A stretch of 64,000 nt of DNA from Octopus sinensis (Eukaryota): positions 40,114,001 to 40,178,000 of the forward strand of contig NC_043004.1 of the NCBI RefSeq assembly GCF_006345805.1. The letters run 5' to 3'. Position 1 is the first letter of the stretch; each line of letters starts with the position of its first letter. The notes beneath the pieces are model-generated. The model was not told the origin of the DNA and made no database searches. It saw only the letters and a list, made by a program, of their open reading frames with translations. Made by a program: the position numbers and the translations under genes. Below are positions 52,023-64,000 of the stretch, piece by piece.

Positions 52023-52350
52023 TACATCATCATCATCATTTAACGTCTGTTTTCTATGCTGGCATGGGTTGAAGGGTTTGAATGAAGTCTGGAGAGCCAG
52101 CGGCTGCACCAGGCTCTAATCTGATCCGGCAATGTTTCTACAGCAGGCTGCCCTTCCTAACGCCAACCACTCCAAGAGTGTAGCAGGTGCTTTTTTTTTT
52201 TACATGCAGGCCTGACATCGATCACATTAAAATGGTGCATTTTTACATGCCGCTGGCACAGGAGCCTGTCAGGGGACTCTGGCATCAATCACATTCGGAT
52301 GATGCATTTTACGTGCCACCCGAACAGGAGCCAGTCAGAGAGCACAGGCC
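52023..52350 (-). mobile_element. RTE 3' UTR with subrepeats
   Basis: Similar to 9781-10185. Confidence 0.82.
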
Positions 52351-52796
52351 ACAGCTATGCATATACACTCAAATATGTACATAAATAGAAGCACCAAAAG
52401 TACATCTATTAATATATATTGCAGATACTTGCACTGTTATGGAAATTAGAATAGATCAATTAAGCTTTGAGTTTGTACACATGATAATTAACAATGAGCT
52501 ACTATTTTATAAGCACAGAATGTCAGTGGTTGGCAAAGCTGAGACCCAGCAAGGATCTGAACTCAGTTTTTGAATTCTGCAGAGAAATGAGATGTGGTAA
52601 TGTTCATGCATTTCCCATGATCATTAGTAACGTAATTAAAAATAAAGTGAACTTGCATGATCTGACAAAACCTGTTCTCAGTTCAGATTCTCCGGAAACT
52701 TTGCCATTTCTTCAACGTGATGCATGAGTAATCCCCAACCACTGGGTCACAGATCATTTGATACCAGGCTGCAAAGAGAGAATATCTCTTTCCTTT

Positions 52797-52985
52797 TGCC
52801 CTTTCCTTTTGCTTGTTTCAGTCATTAGACTGTGGCCATGCTGGGGCACCGCCTTGAGGAATTTTTAGTTGAATAAATCGACCTCAGTACTTTTTGTTTT
52901 TAAAGCCTGGTACTTATTCTATCAATCTCTTTTGCTAACCACTATGTTACAGGGACATAAACACACCAGCACTGGAGGTGGTGGT
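52797..52985 (-). mobile_element. SINE type D 3' module
   Basis: Matches the D tail. Confidence 0.75.
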
Positions 52986-55188
52986 GTGGTGGTGGTGGTG
53001 GTCATGGTGGTCATGGTGCTCGTGGATAAATAGAGATACAAAGACACACACATGAAACAGAAAATTAGAAGAAAAACTGCTGCAGGTCGCACACGAGATG
53101 TTGCAACGTTCAGCCCTTTCCTCAGACAGTAACCCCAAACAGAATGCATTGATGTATCTAGTTATAACATTTTACACTCCGATTCAAAATCCCACGAAGA
53201 CAGAATTTGCTTTTTACTCCTCTCGGGCTTGACAAAAATTCAATTAACAATAGTTTCTCGCCTCTCCTCCAACAATGTCCTAGTTCTGTGCCTATAAGAG
53301 AAATTAATATCACTAGACAAGATGCGCTCCAGATGCTCTCTATCTGTGTATCGAAATCAGATTCCATTGACTGACGTTGTTTTAATCTTTCCACTAAACT
53401 TTATTCTACCAGGACCACACCTAAAATGTTAAAATGATTCATCTTACAACGTAGAGAGATCAATCATATCACGATATAGACATAGACTGTAATTAATGAG
53501 GCAGCCTCTACATGGTCTCTCGACTTGCTAGAAACAGTAACCAAATCCCCCCCCCCCAACCACTCCCTACCGTTACCAAAAAAAGGAAGAATGCAATGGA
53601 TAATATAGTCCTAGATTATACAGTGGCAGAATATAAAACAGGGAGAACACGGATAAAATGCTTTCAATCTGCTTGATTATGAGCTGCTCTAGATCTCAGC
53701 AACAATACATAACCCAAAACCAACGAGGAATCGTCTACAAGGTTACTCTATCTGTCAGAAACAGCAATCAAATTGGCTTTTATAGATTTGATAAAATAGT
53801 CCTAGATACACTGACACAAATATAAAAGGTAGATGTGATTACGACTAGAATGCGTTTAACAGTAGACTGACTTGGTCGAGACCAACGTGGCATGGCGTTA
53901 AACCACCATGACCGACACAAGGTATGCCTCTTATTTTTATTGCTAATATGATTATTGCCGAGAGACTGTCACCAGCTTGCCAATTCTAATAACTATTATC
54001 CCATCCATGGGTTTAATGAAACAGGTACCAGTAATATACATTGATGACTTTAATTTACAAAAATTCTTCTCGTGCATGAAAAAAAAAAAAAATGAATGAG
54101 TGTTGTGCCGAAGTTAGAAACTAGATGAAATCAATGAATATCGTACATAGTTAAACGAAACTAATAATAACAGAAGTAAACACAAGTATTAAAGGAAGGA
54201 ATTCGCTTTTACTCATTGTTAGCAGAATAGAAAGGCGGGAAGAGAATAATAAAAAATAAATAAAATAAAAATAGATCGTCTGCTTCTTTGAATTATTTAA
54301 AGGCAAAATACTCCATTTCGGAACAATATATGAAACACACACACACAACAATAACAAAAACAATATCAACAACAACGTACACATATTGAAATATACCATA
54401 GCGTAACTATGGTATAAGTTACACATCGCCCTGTTTTACACATATATATACACACGATAAAACTATGGCGGTGATGAGTTAGTGGAGACAAGATACATCA
54501 CTTGCACATTACACATTAGCAAATCAATACACACTCACTTCACAATGTCTAAATACAATAACAACACAATGCACACGCACAAGTGCTTACAATGCATATC
54601 CACAATACACAGAAAAAAAACAGTCGAAATACAATAAGAGTCCCATACACACACACACACACATAAAACGTATACAATGCATATATACACACAATGCACA
54701 TACATCACAATACATCAAATATTTCAAACACTCTCATATAAATGCATCCAATATACAATTGTTTAGATAGTGTAAGTCGCATATTTTACATACCTACACA
54801 CACATTGCATATACACATACAGAAATCTACATACAAATACACATAGATATCCAGGTAGAAACACACATACATCACAGACAATAAACACACTAAGAAGGGC
54901 AGACAGGCATACACATTACATGTCTATCACATTCATATACAAACAGACATTGTATATACATACAAAAATACATACATACACGCATACATACATACACGCA
55001 TACATACACGCATACATACATACACACAATGAGCACCATACACATACATATTACACACACGCAGACAATACACACGCACACATAACATACAGTGTGCACA
55101 CACACACATATTACACATACATTCATACACATGCTGATGTACACACAAAGCCTACAACACTGATATATACACAAACAAAATAGGTATT

Positions 55189-55263
<75 letters not shown>

Positions 55264-55279
55264 CCACACACACACACAC

Positions 55280-55325
<46 letters not shown>

Positions 55326-55624
55326 CACACACACACACACACTATCAACATATACACATATATTATACATGTATTGCATACACACAACAGAAACCAATTT
55401 GCAGGAGGAGAACGATGACAGAAATCTCAACTGAATGAAGTCCGTTTTACTTCCTACAAAAGCACCTCTGTCACAAACCACATCACTGTCCAATGATACC
55501 AATAATATCGCCGACATAACAGTCAACTTTAATATGTTGCCTGTTTGCTAAAGAACACCAACCATCATCATCATTTTTTATTATTATTTGAAGGAAACTA
55601 GAGAAAAGGTACACGCGTGTGTAA

Positions 55625-55649
55625 ACATCAATGATCGATGTATACATAC

Positions 55650-55695
<46 letters not shown>

Positions 55696-55813
55696 GATAG
55701 ATAGATAGATAGATAGATATATAGATAGATAGATAGATAGATAGATATAGATAGATAGATGATAGATAGATATAGATAGATAGATAGAGAGAGAGAGAGG
55801 GAGAGAGAGAGAG

Positions 55814-55877
<64 letters not shown>

Positions 55878-55890
55878 GTGTGTGTGTGTT
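55625..55890. repeat. (TA)n-(GATA)n-(GA)n microsatellite
   Basis: Seen directly. Confidence 0.95.
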
Positions 55891-56007
55891 AAAGGGGCAA
55901 ACAGACAGCAGAGTGAGAGGTAGGAGTAACCTATCTAGCATCGATCTTATGTATTAGGTCTTGACATGTGGATTTTGAGTATTATTGGTTGACTAACGAT
56001 CACTGTA

Positions 56008-56283
56008 GTGGAGACGCAATGGCCCAGTGGTTAGAGCAGCGGACGTTGTGTGGTGTTTATTGAGCGGAAACACCTAAAAGCTCCATGTGGCCCCGGCAGC
56101 GGGTGGTGGCGAAACCCTGTTGTACTCTTTCGCCCCAACTTTCTCTCACTCTCTCTTCCTGTTTCTTGGGTAACGCTGCGATGGACTGGCGTCCCGTCCA
56201 TCTGGGTATGGAGGGGGGGCACACATACGCCACAGAAACCGGGAAACCGGGCCCATGAGCCTGGCTAGGCTTGAAAAGGGCGA
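56008..56283 (+). mobile_element. SINE type B, tail B4
   Basis: B head with an internal deletion; tail shared with 29371-29480. Confidence 0.82.
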
Positions 56284-56377
56284 CAGAAACAGAAAGATCC
56301 AATATGTATGTATGTGTGTGTGTGTGTGTGTGTGGTGTGTGTGTGTGTGTGTGTGTTTATGTATGTATGTATATATA

Positions 56378-56675
56378 TGGAGGCGCAATGGCCCAGTGGT
56401 TAGGGCAGCGAACTCGCATATTCGATTCCTAGACCGGGCGTTGTGAGTGTTTATTGAGCGAAAACACCTAAAGCTCCACGAGGCTCCGGCAGGAGGTGGT
56501 GGTGATCCCTGCTGTACTCTTTCGCCACAACTTTCTCTCACTCTTTCTTCTGTTGGCCTGCTCGCTTAGCCAGCGGGGTGGCGTCCTTCGAAGGCTAAAA
56601 CAATGCGAAGCGCATTGTGACCAGCGATGTGTAGCAACATCTGATAGCCTGGTCGGTCACGGTGATCACGGTGAT
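56378..56675 (+). mobile_element. SINE type B, tail B2
   Basis: Near-identical to 27905-28218. Confidence 0.9.
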
Positions 56676-56820
56676 ATACATATATATATAAGCTGGAAGA
56701 ATCGTTAGCACGCCGAGCAAAGTGCTTAGCGGCATTTCGTACGTACGTTCTGAGACGGAATAAATAATCAGCTTCAAATGAATAAACTGTTGTATTGCCG
56801 TTTGTAGATCCAAACATGTT

Positions 56821-57140
56821 GAGGGCGCGTGGCTTAGTGGTTAGGGCATTCGGCTCATGATCGTAAGGTTGTGAGTTCGATTCCCGGCGACGCGTTGTGT
56901 CCTTGAGCAAGACACTTTATTTCACGTTGCTCCAGTCCACTCAGCTGGCAAAAATGAGTTGTACTTGTATTTCAAAGGGTCAGCCTTGTCACTCTCTGTG
57001 TCACGCTGATTATCCCCGAGAACTACGTTAAGGGTACACGTGTCTGTGGAATGCTCAGCCATTTGCACGTTAATTTCACGAGCAAGCTGTTCCGTTGATC
57101 GTATCAGCTGGGACCCTCGTCGTCGTAACCGGCGGAGCCT
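56821..57140 (+). mobile_element. Hybrid SINE (A head and core plus B1 tail)
   Basis: A core to aaaaatgagt, then tgtacttgtatttcaaaggg..gtcgtcgtaacc of B1. Confidence 0.88.
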
Positions 57141-57629
57141 CTTTAAAAGATCCAAACATATTCTTATTATTCTTTTCTTTTACAGGTTTCAGTCTTTGGA
57201 CTGCAATCACACTGGAGCACCGCCTACAAGAGCGTTATCTGCTCTCCCGGGTTATCTCGGGTTTTAACTATAATTGAAAATCCGCAACGTACGGACATTC
57301 ATAGCTGAACAAATAGACAACTCAATCGTCTTTTTGTGTACACATTACTGATAAGTGTTAATCAGAAAGATTTTAAATTGCCTTTTGTTTTACTTATTTA
57401 TTGCCAGAAATCACTAATAATCTTGAAGCTATGATAACGTGTTTATTCAAGTTTGTATATTCCAGCCACAACATAGTTTTCAATTCTCGCTGAGAAACTG
57501 CAGCAAAAACTACAAATATATTAAACTCCCCCACTCCACCCCAATCTCGCTCCGTATAAATAAATAAATAAATGAATGTATGTATGCATGCAGAAAGATA
57601 GATAGATAGAGAGAGAGAGAATTGGACAA

Positions 57630-57814
57630 TCTTTCTACTCTAGGCCAGTCGGTTAGATCAACCCCAGAACGCATCTGGTACTTATTTTATCAATGCCAAA
57701 AAGATGAAAGGCAAAGTCGACCTTGACAGGATTTGAACTCAGAACGTAAAGACAAACGAAATACTGCTAAGCATTTCGCCCGGCGTGCCAACGATTCTGC
57801 CAGCTCGCCGCCTT
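57630..57814 (-). mobile_element. SINE type C
   Basis: Head and core match. Confidence 0.8.
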
Positions 57815-58039
57815 AAACAGAATAGGATAATCAAAGGAATAAAGGTGGCAGTATTGCTTTTATTAATTGGTTACGATCGTTTTGATAAATGGTAGTATTG
57901 TCACATCAATCAATGTACTGGATCATACGTACAAAAATTATGAAATCTACATAAATATTATATACATCATGGAGTGCTGAATGAGGTATCCGCAAAGATT
58001 TTCTGGGTAACCCTTCTCTCACTGCATAAAGAAAAAATG

Positions 58040-58380
58040 GGTGAAGATCCCCTTCGTTCATGAATAACCATGGGATTTCACCTAAGAAGTTACCCTCCGA
58101 GGCGCAAGTCCGGGTAAGGTTGTTTATGGAAGACCAGCAGTCGCCCATGGATACCAGCCTTCCCCTCTCTACGCCACCGAAGTTATCCAAGGGGAAGGCA
58201 AAAGCCGATACAGCTCGGCACCAGTGACATCGCAACTCATATCTACTGTGGAGTGAACTGGAGCAACATGAAATAAAGTATCTTGCTCGAGAGCACAACA
58301 CACAGCCTGGTCTGGAAATCGAACTCACTACCTCATGTCTGTGAGCCCGACGCTCTAACCACTGAGCCATATGCCTTCAC
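58040..58380 (-). mobile_element. SINE type A
   Basis: Full copy. Confidence 0.88.
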
Positions 58381-59798
58381 TTAGTCTTACTACATATACA
58401 TATTATATCTCCATTTTCTCTCTCTTAGAAGAGTGTATACTCGAAACGTATGATTTTTTCCCAATTTCTTACAATTTCCTGAGTATAAACATTCTTTTCT
58501 TTTCGTCTTCCTGTTTATATATACTTTTTGCACACACAGACATTGGTGCATGTACTTTTTTTTAACTTGCTGTTTCTGGAGGAAGGCGTAGTGTTCATGG
58601 CTCCCGTCAAGACTGACGTTGCCAATGTTCCTGAAGACCAGCAGGAAAGATATGACTTGAGGGAGAGTTCCAGAAAGCCAAGAAATGGACGTAGTGGGTT
58701 AATGACAGGGGGTTGGACATAATAAGGGTGATAAGGGAAGAAATATGTGGGTCAATAATACCCAAGTAGGGGAAGTATGAGCCCAACTAGCCTCTAAAAG
58801 TAAGGGCTAGTATAGCATCAGCAGAAAAGGCCAAGAGAAGACAGAGAGCGTACCAGTGGGCCATGCCTGGAACATATCCATGGATGGCTTTTTGCCTATA
58901 AGCTGGGTGGCTCTATAATGGATGTGTTAAGCTTTTGATTTGTATCAGATACCTAAGTTTCTAATTTATTCAATTCATTCCCAAAGACAAGATTAATTTC
59001 TAACAACAGACAAACCTCAAAGTTTGGAATTTAGACAGCTCAGCTCCAATTGTGTGGAGTTGAATACTTAAACATTTAGAAAAATTTTGTATATTTTACC
59101 CTGTTTCATTCAACAGATGGAAATTTCAAATCAGATTTATGATTGCTTTTTATCTTTCTCTGAAAATGACAACTTTTCAGTATTTGTACTCTAAACATTG
59201 AGTAACACTGCCAAGTGTGTTAAAGATGATAAGTATACATGTCAATTTATAATCTGCCAAAAAGAGAAGTTGTAAGATGTAAAGTAGTTAGTCAGAAATG
59301 TTCTGTTAATCACTGATATTTTGAATGAAATATTCACATCTGCTGTCAGCTGACCTCCACGGTAGTGAAATGATTGTTGTATCAGAGAAACTGTGTCAGT
59401 CTGTTGTATTCGTATTTAGAGGAGGTTTTGGTGGCTGTTTTCCTTACTCTGAAATATGTGAATGTGTTACTCAGCATCTATAGTATATTTTATATCTATC
59501 TTAAGATTGCTCTTTCTACAGATAACCTTGACTAAGTTCCTACTTTAAATATGCCAGCGCTAATTTAAATATTTGTTTTTTCAAGTTGAAAGCAACAATC
59601 GGTGTTCGTTCACTAAGACTATATCTCAGTCATTTTACGGTTTGTTAATGCGGATAAAGACTATGTTTCGCTGAGGAAGTAAAAATAATACTGAAACATG
59701 TCAAGAATTGCCACTCTTAATACCAAAGATCTCTGTATTCTTCCATCGAGTTTTTACTAAATTTTAATTTATTGAACTTTCAGAAGTAAACATTACGC

Positions 59799-60120
59799 CA
59801 GTCATGGGCAATCTGCAGCCTGCGGGACTGTCTGAGTGGCACACCTTACGAAACATTACCTTAAATATATATATAACAATGTTGTCTTCGAAACATATGT
59901 CGGAAGTAAAAGAATTTCAATAACACCTGCGTTTAGCTCCATTTATTATTTATTTATATATATTATACAAAATATTTCACATCAACCCGGAGTTTCTACC
60001 TTTACAAACAGGGTGTTACATCCTTATTACTTGTGTGATTTTTTGCTGCCCTAGTAACATTTATCTATTTTTCCGTATTAATTGTAAACAAGAGAAAAAT
60101 ACACACATTCATTTATATAT

Positions 60121-60179
<59 letters not shown>

Positions 60180-60621
60180 TGGCACTCCGTCGGTTACGAC
60201 GACAAGGGTTCCAGTTGATCCGATCAACAGAACAGCCTGCTCGTGAAATTAACGTCTGTGGAGTGGCTGAGCACTCCACAGACACGTGTACCTTTAACGT
60301 AATTCTCGGGGAGATTCAGCGTGACACAGAGTGTGACAAGGCTGGCCCTTTGAAATACAGGTACAACAGAAACAGGAAGAAAGAGTGAGAGAAAGTTGTG
60401 GTGAAAGAGTACAGCAGGGTTTGACCACCACCCCTGCCGGAACATCGTGGAGCTTTAGGTATATTCGCTCAATAAACACTCACAACGCCCGGTCTGGGAA
60501 TTGAAACCGCGATCCTACGATCGCGAGTCCGCTGCCCTAACCATATATTAATAATGTGGCTCGCCTGACTATGAGCAATGTTTCATGCGGCATGCTTCTC
60601 GAAAAAGGTTGCCCATGCCTG
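59799..60621. mobile_element. hAT-type non-autonomous element with a nested SINE
   Basis: TIRs cagtcatgggcaa / ttgcccatgcctg; perfect 8-bp TSD cattacgc at 59791-98 and 60622-29. Confidence 0.88.
60179..60543 (-). mobile_element. SINE type B, tail B1
   Basis: Reverse complement of 12292-12678; head truncated within the A box. Confidence 0.88.
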
Positions 60622-60986
60622 CATTACGCCATCGTTTCTTAACCCGGTCTTTGAGGTTTTTTCCCCGCCCTCACCGACAAATTTTTCTCACAACTCATTT
60701 TTTTTTCCACCGTCAAAATATTCAGTAGGAAATAAATAAAAGACTAACCTCTATACGATTATATTAAACAACAAACAACAAAAGTAACTAATAAAAAAAC
60801 TCAGAAAACATAAAAAGAACTACATAACTTTACTAACGGTAAAATATGTGAGTGCCTTCAATAGGATGGATATGTTTGTTCTGGAACAAACAGTAGCTTG
60901 GTATTTGTCAAAGGAGTTATTAAATGAATCTCTTACATTCCTAATAGTTGAGAACTATTTTGTCTTTATTGCTGCTAGAGCAGAAC

Positions 60987-61536
60987 GCGATTTTTTTTAT
61001 CCACGAGAGTTCCGGACCCCAGTAATGAACTCATTTGCGTATAGCCAATCAGAGCTCACCTTGACCTTGTTGTCGAGTTAACAAACACATTCTACTGAGT
61101 TAACAAACTCAAGACGATGAACGGTGTTGTCAGTCGACCGATCGCCAAGTCATGCCTGATTTTAGGAGACAAGTTATTAGATAGATTTGCGTCTATACCT
61201 ATTATCGGATTTTGTTAGGGCCCCATATGGTAAAGATGTGGATGGGGAAAATGTGGGTAGAGGGTGATGTGATAGCAACCACCACCCCGTTACTGTTTTA
61301 GAAAGTAAACAACAACAGAAATAACTACGCAGAAGCAGTCATGGTTGTAACAAGAACAAGAACAAGCATTCTTAAAAGAGAAAAGAAGCATGGTCATTTC
61401 TTATCCAAGTGACCTTATCTTATCGTCCATCACTTGTTACGCGCTCATAAATCAGTTTAGTAGTTGAGCTCTGATTGGCTGTATGCAAATGAATTCATAA
61501 CTGGAGTCTGGAACTTTGGTGGGGAAAAAATTTCGC
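60987..61536. mobile_element. MULE (Mutator)-like non-autonomous element
   Basis: Imperfect TIRs of about 72 bp (60987-61058 and 61465-61536); perfect 9-bp TSD gagcagaac at 60978-86 and 61537-45. Confidence 0.8.
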
Positions 61537-61567
61537 GAGCAGAACATGCCGGTTCATATTGATATGA

Positions 61568-61782
61568 AGTAGCTGGCAGAATCGTTAGCACGCCGTGTAA
61601 AATTCTTAGTAGCATTTCTTCCGTCTTTACGCTCTAGGTTCAAATCCCGCCGAGGCTGACTTTGCCTTTCATCCTTCCGGGGGGCGATAAAATAAGTACC
61701 TGTTGAACATTGGGGTTGATGTAATCGATTTATCCCCTCCCCACGAAATCGCTGGCCATGTGCCAAAATTTGAAAGTAATAT
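61568..61782 (+). mobile_element. SINE type C with the alternative tail
   Basis: Matches 5941-6163. Confidence 0.8.
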
Positions 61783-61899
61783 AAGGAAGGAAATGATAGA
61801 AGAGCTGCAGTTATTGCTAATTCAGTAAAGGAAAGTCTGATTTCTCATTCAACCAAGGTCGTATAAATAAGCTTTTTGAAATTTGTGTTTTGAGATTTG

Positions 61900-62305
61900 G
61901 GATCTTTTCGGTTTGAACGGCAGTTTTTAACATAATTTCTAGGTAACTAAAAAATTTTAAACTTCGTATACTGGTAGAATGTGTTTATAAAACGTCTTTT
62001 TCTCTTGGCTTTATTGAGAAAATTCTATAGTTTGTAAGATATTTATTGTTGTTTTTCTTCAATTTCTGCAATTTCAACCAATCAATGAGGTAAACAACAT
62101 CCTGTGCCGTATGATATGTCCCTCGTTTACGAAATAGATTGGGTTTATTTACATTTGTGAAGAAGAAAAGATACCCTTCCTCCTAATCCTAACCATAACC
62201 CTAAAACAGATTGAAATGCAATAGATCGATACTAGGGTCATAATTATGGGTGAGAATTTCATATGACACCGCTAGAAAAAACTGCCGTTCAAACCGAAAA
62301 GATCC
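61900..62305 (-). mobile_element. GG-terminal MITE (Merlin-like), copy 3
   Basis: 29-bp TIRs; perfect 8-bp TSD gagatttg at 61892-99 and 62306-13. Confidence 0.9.
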
Positions 62306-64000
62306 GAGATTTGAATTCCGTAATGACTCTGCAAATTCGTAAGAATTCAAAGCATTATTTTCCACCTGTTCCTCTACCACAATGAACTGGATTGGGTGTG
62401 TAGAAATTGCTGAAGATCCAATTAAATTTACCATGATGAACCATGTACAATGTCTGCTAGAAAATATTTGCGAACCTGTCTTTCCACACAAACCTAATGC
62501 GTATGGTCGGCTCAGTGGACTTAAATCAACATATTTTCAGTCAAAATCATCAGTACATGAAAACATTTAAAATTTTCCGTTTTATTCTACGTTTCCATAC
62601 TTTCTTCTGTTTTTATGAATGCTTAAATTTCACATTTCGAAGCGAAACTGTGTGTTCTGTTTCCACCCTTACAACGAACGTAAAATTTATTAAGCTTTTC
62701 AAATATGTCTGACACAAATAACTTGCAAAGCTAAGTTTCATAATGAGAGATTTCTCTCAAGATTTTGAGTTTTGATAATAAATAATTAAATAAATAAAAC
62801 CATTTCGTTTTTGATTTTTTTCTTCTTTTATATTTACGAGTCATCTCAAAGCTCCTCCTCAGTTTTTCTTTTTAATTAAATATGAAGTTCCATGTGATGC
62901 TCTTAAATCATTTTTCTTGAATTACTTGTGTATGATTTAAAAAAAAAAAATAACGGTTTTTTCGCAATCTCGAAGAATTCAGTAATCTTTTTAAAAAACG
63001 GTAAAGAATTGCTTGCGTAGAAGGTATTTGTAATTTAGCAGGCTTCTTACATTCGCTGAATTAATATTCTTTATAATCACCAAATAAGACAACTTGTTAT
63101 CGTGTCAAAGAGAAAAATAAAATTCATATCGAGACACAAAAAAAAAGGAAAAAAAATTGGTAGTACTCTCAGTTCTCGAAGAACAATTGCATCAGCGTTG
63201 TTTTTATTCTTTGATAAATTTAACAATTTCTCCACGGGGAGCATATTTTCAGTTCAACATAAAAAAATAAACTCAAACTTTGAAAACAAAAATAGAAATA
63301 GAAATAAAAAAAAAATAGACGTATGTTATTCAAGAAGAATTTATATGTACAAGTATCTAAATTGTATAATAAATTCAAAATTGTAATATTAAAAATATAA
63401 AACCTTGTTGTTTTTTTTTTGTATTTATTGAATTAATTTAATAAAGTTATTCTGGAAAACGGAAAGAACTGCGGCGGCATTATTTGTTGATCTTACAAAT
63501 AAATTACACACTTGTCACAACATAATTACCCCAAAAAGTACCTAATATAAACGACACAGCTCACTGCCGATCTATGAATATATTTCCAAGCAAAGAATTC
63601 AAAATCATGGCGGTGAATATTGTAATTAACAACACCATTTCAATTAACAATACCGTTTCCTTCTCTTAGACTCCGAAATACATTTATTGAACCTAAGGCA
63701 CAAAATGCAAGACTGGCTTTCAAAATATGCTACAAATCATTACAAAACCAAAAATATTCATTACACTAAATTTTCAAAAACCAGCCAATAAATAAATAAA
63801 TAAATAAATAAATAAAAATTATTGATAACAAAATAGAGAAAAGTCTTGTTTGTAGAACGCTCGATTGCACCATCCACAATATACGGCAGCCATTAAATGC
63901 AATCATTTTCAGTGTAAAATAAGAGGGTGGCACAGAAACTGAACCAGAACAACGTAAAAGTACTCCGTTAGAGTATCGTTCTATTATTGTTCAGTTTTCC

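Noticed and set aside
53104-53130. Minus-strand CTGAGGA..GAACGT hammerhead-like motif
   Set aside because: GAAA incomplete, helix II only 2 bp, and no helix I.
56821-56895. tRNA-like sequence with a CAT anticodon, and similar heads elsewhere
   Set aside because: Anticodon and T stems do not pair and the sequence continues into a SINE body; these are SINE heads, not tRNA genes.
62382-62570. 62-aa ORF in unique sequence
   Set aside because: Length expected by chance; no recognisable domain or splice evidence.

Overview
Eukaryotic, AT-rich, repeat-saturated non-coding DNA, most likely intronic or intergenic sequence of an octopus. The organism call is inferred from the SINE, RTE-LINE and microsatellite content. 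I recognise no host protein-coding exon. Every long ORF in the track is either a microsatellite/minisatellite artefact or a decayed transposon ORF. Contents: (i) dozens of tRNA-derived SINEs built from interchangeable head, core and tail modules (my own labels A-D); (ii) three decayed RTE-LINE reverse-transcriptase remnants plus many RTE 3' ends; (iii) DNA-transposon relics and MITEs (hAT, Tigger/pogo, mariner, MULE-like, a GG-terminal 8-bp-TSD family, a Helitron); (iv) micro- and minisatellites; (v) two near-perfect long palindromes. The main find is at 44311-44929: a 352-bp direct tandem repeat (about 1.75 copies, differing by one base), embedded in (TA)n. Each copy carries a canonical type I hammerhead ribozyme with a palindromic helix III, and the spacer is rich in hairpins. 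This is the architecture of a non-LTR retrozyme, a self-cleaving, circRNA-producing retroelement. Further minimal or variant hammerhead motifs sit in Penelope-like terminal-repeat remnants at 43926-43963, 49921-49969, 58421-58453 and 59671-59702. All structures were paired by eye; nothing was folded or searched computationally, and SINE/LINE boundaries are approximate unless a target-site duplication (TSD) is given.
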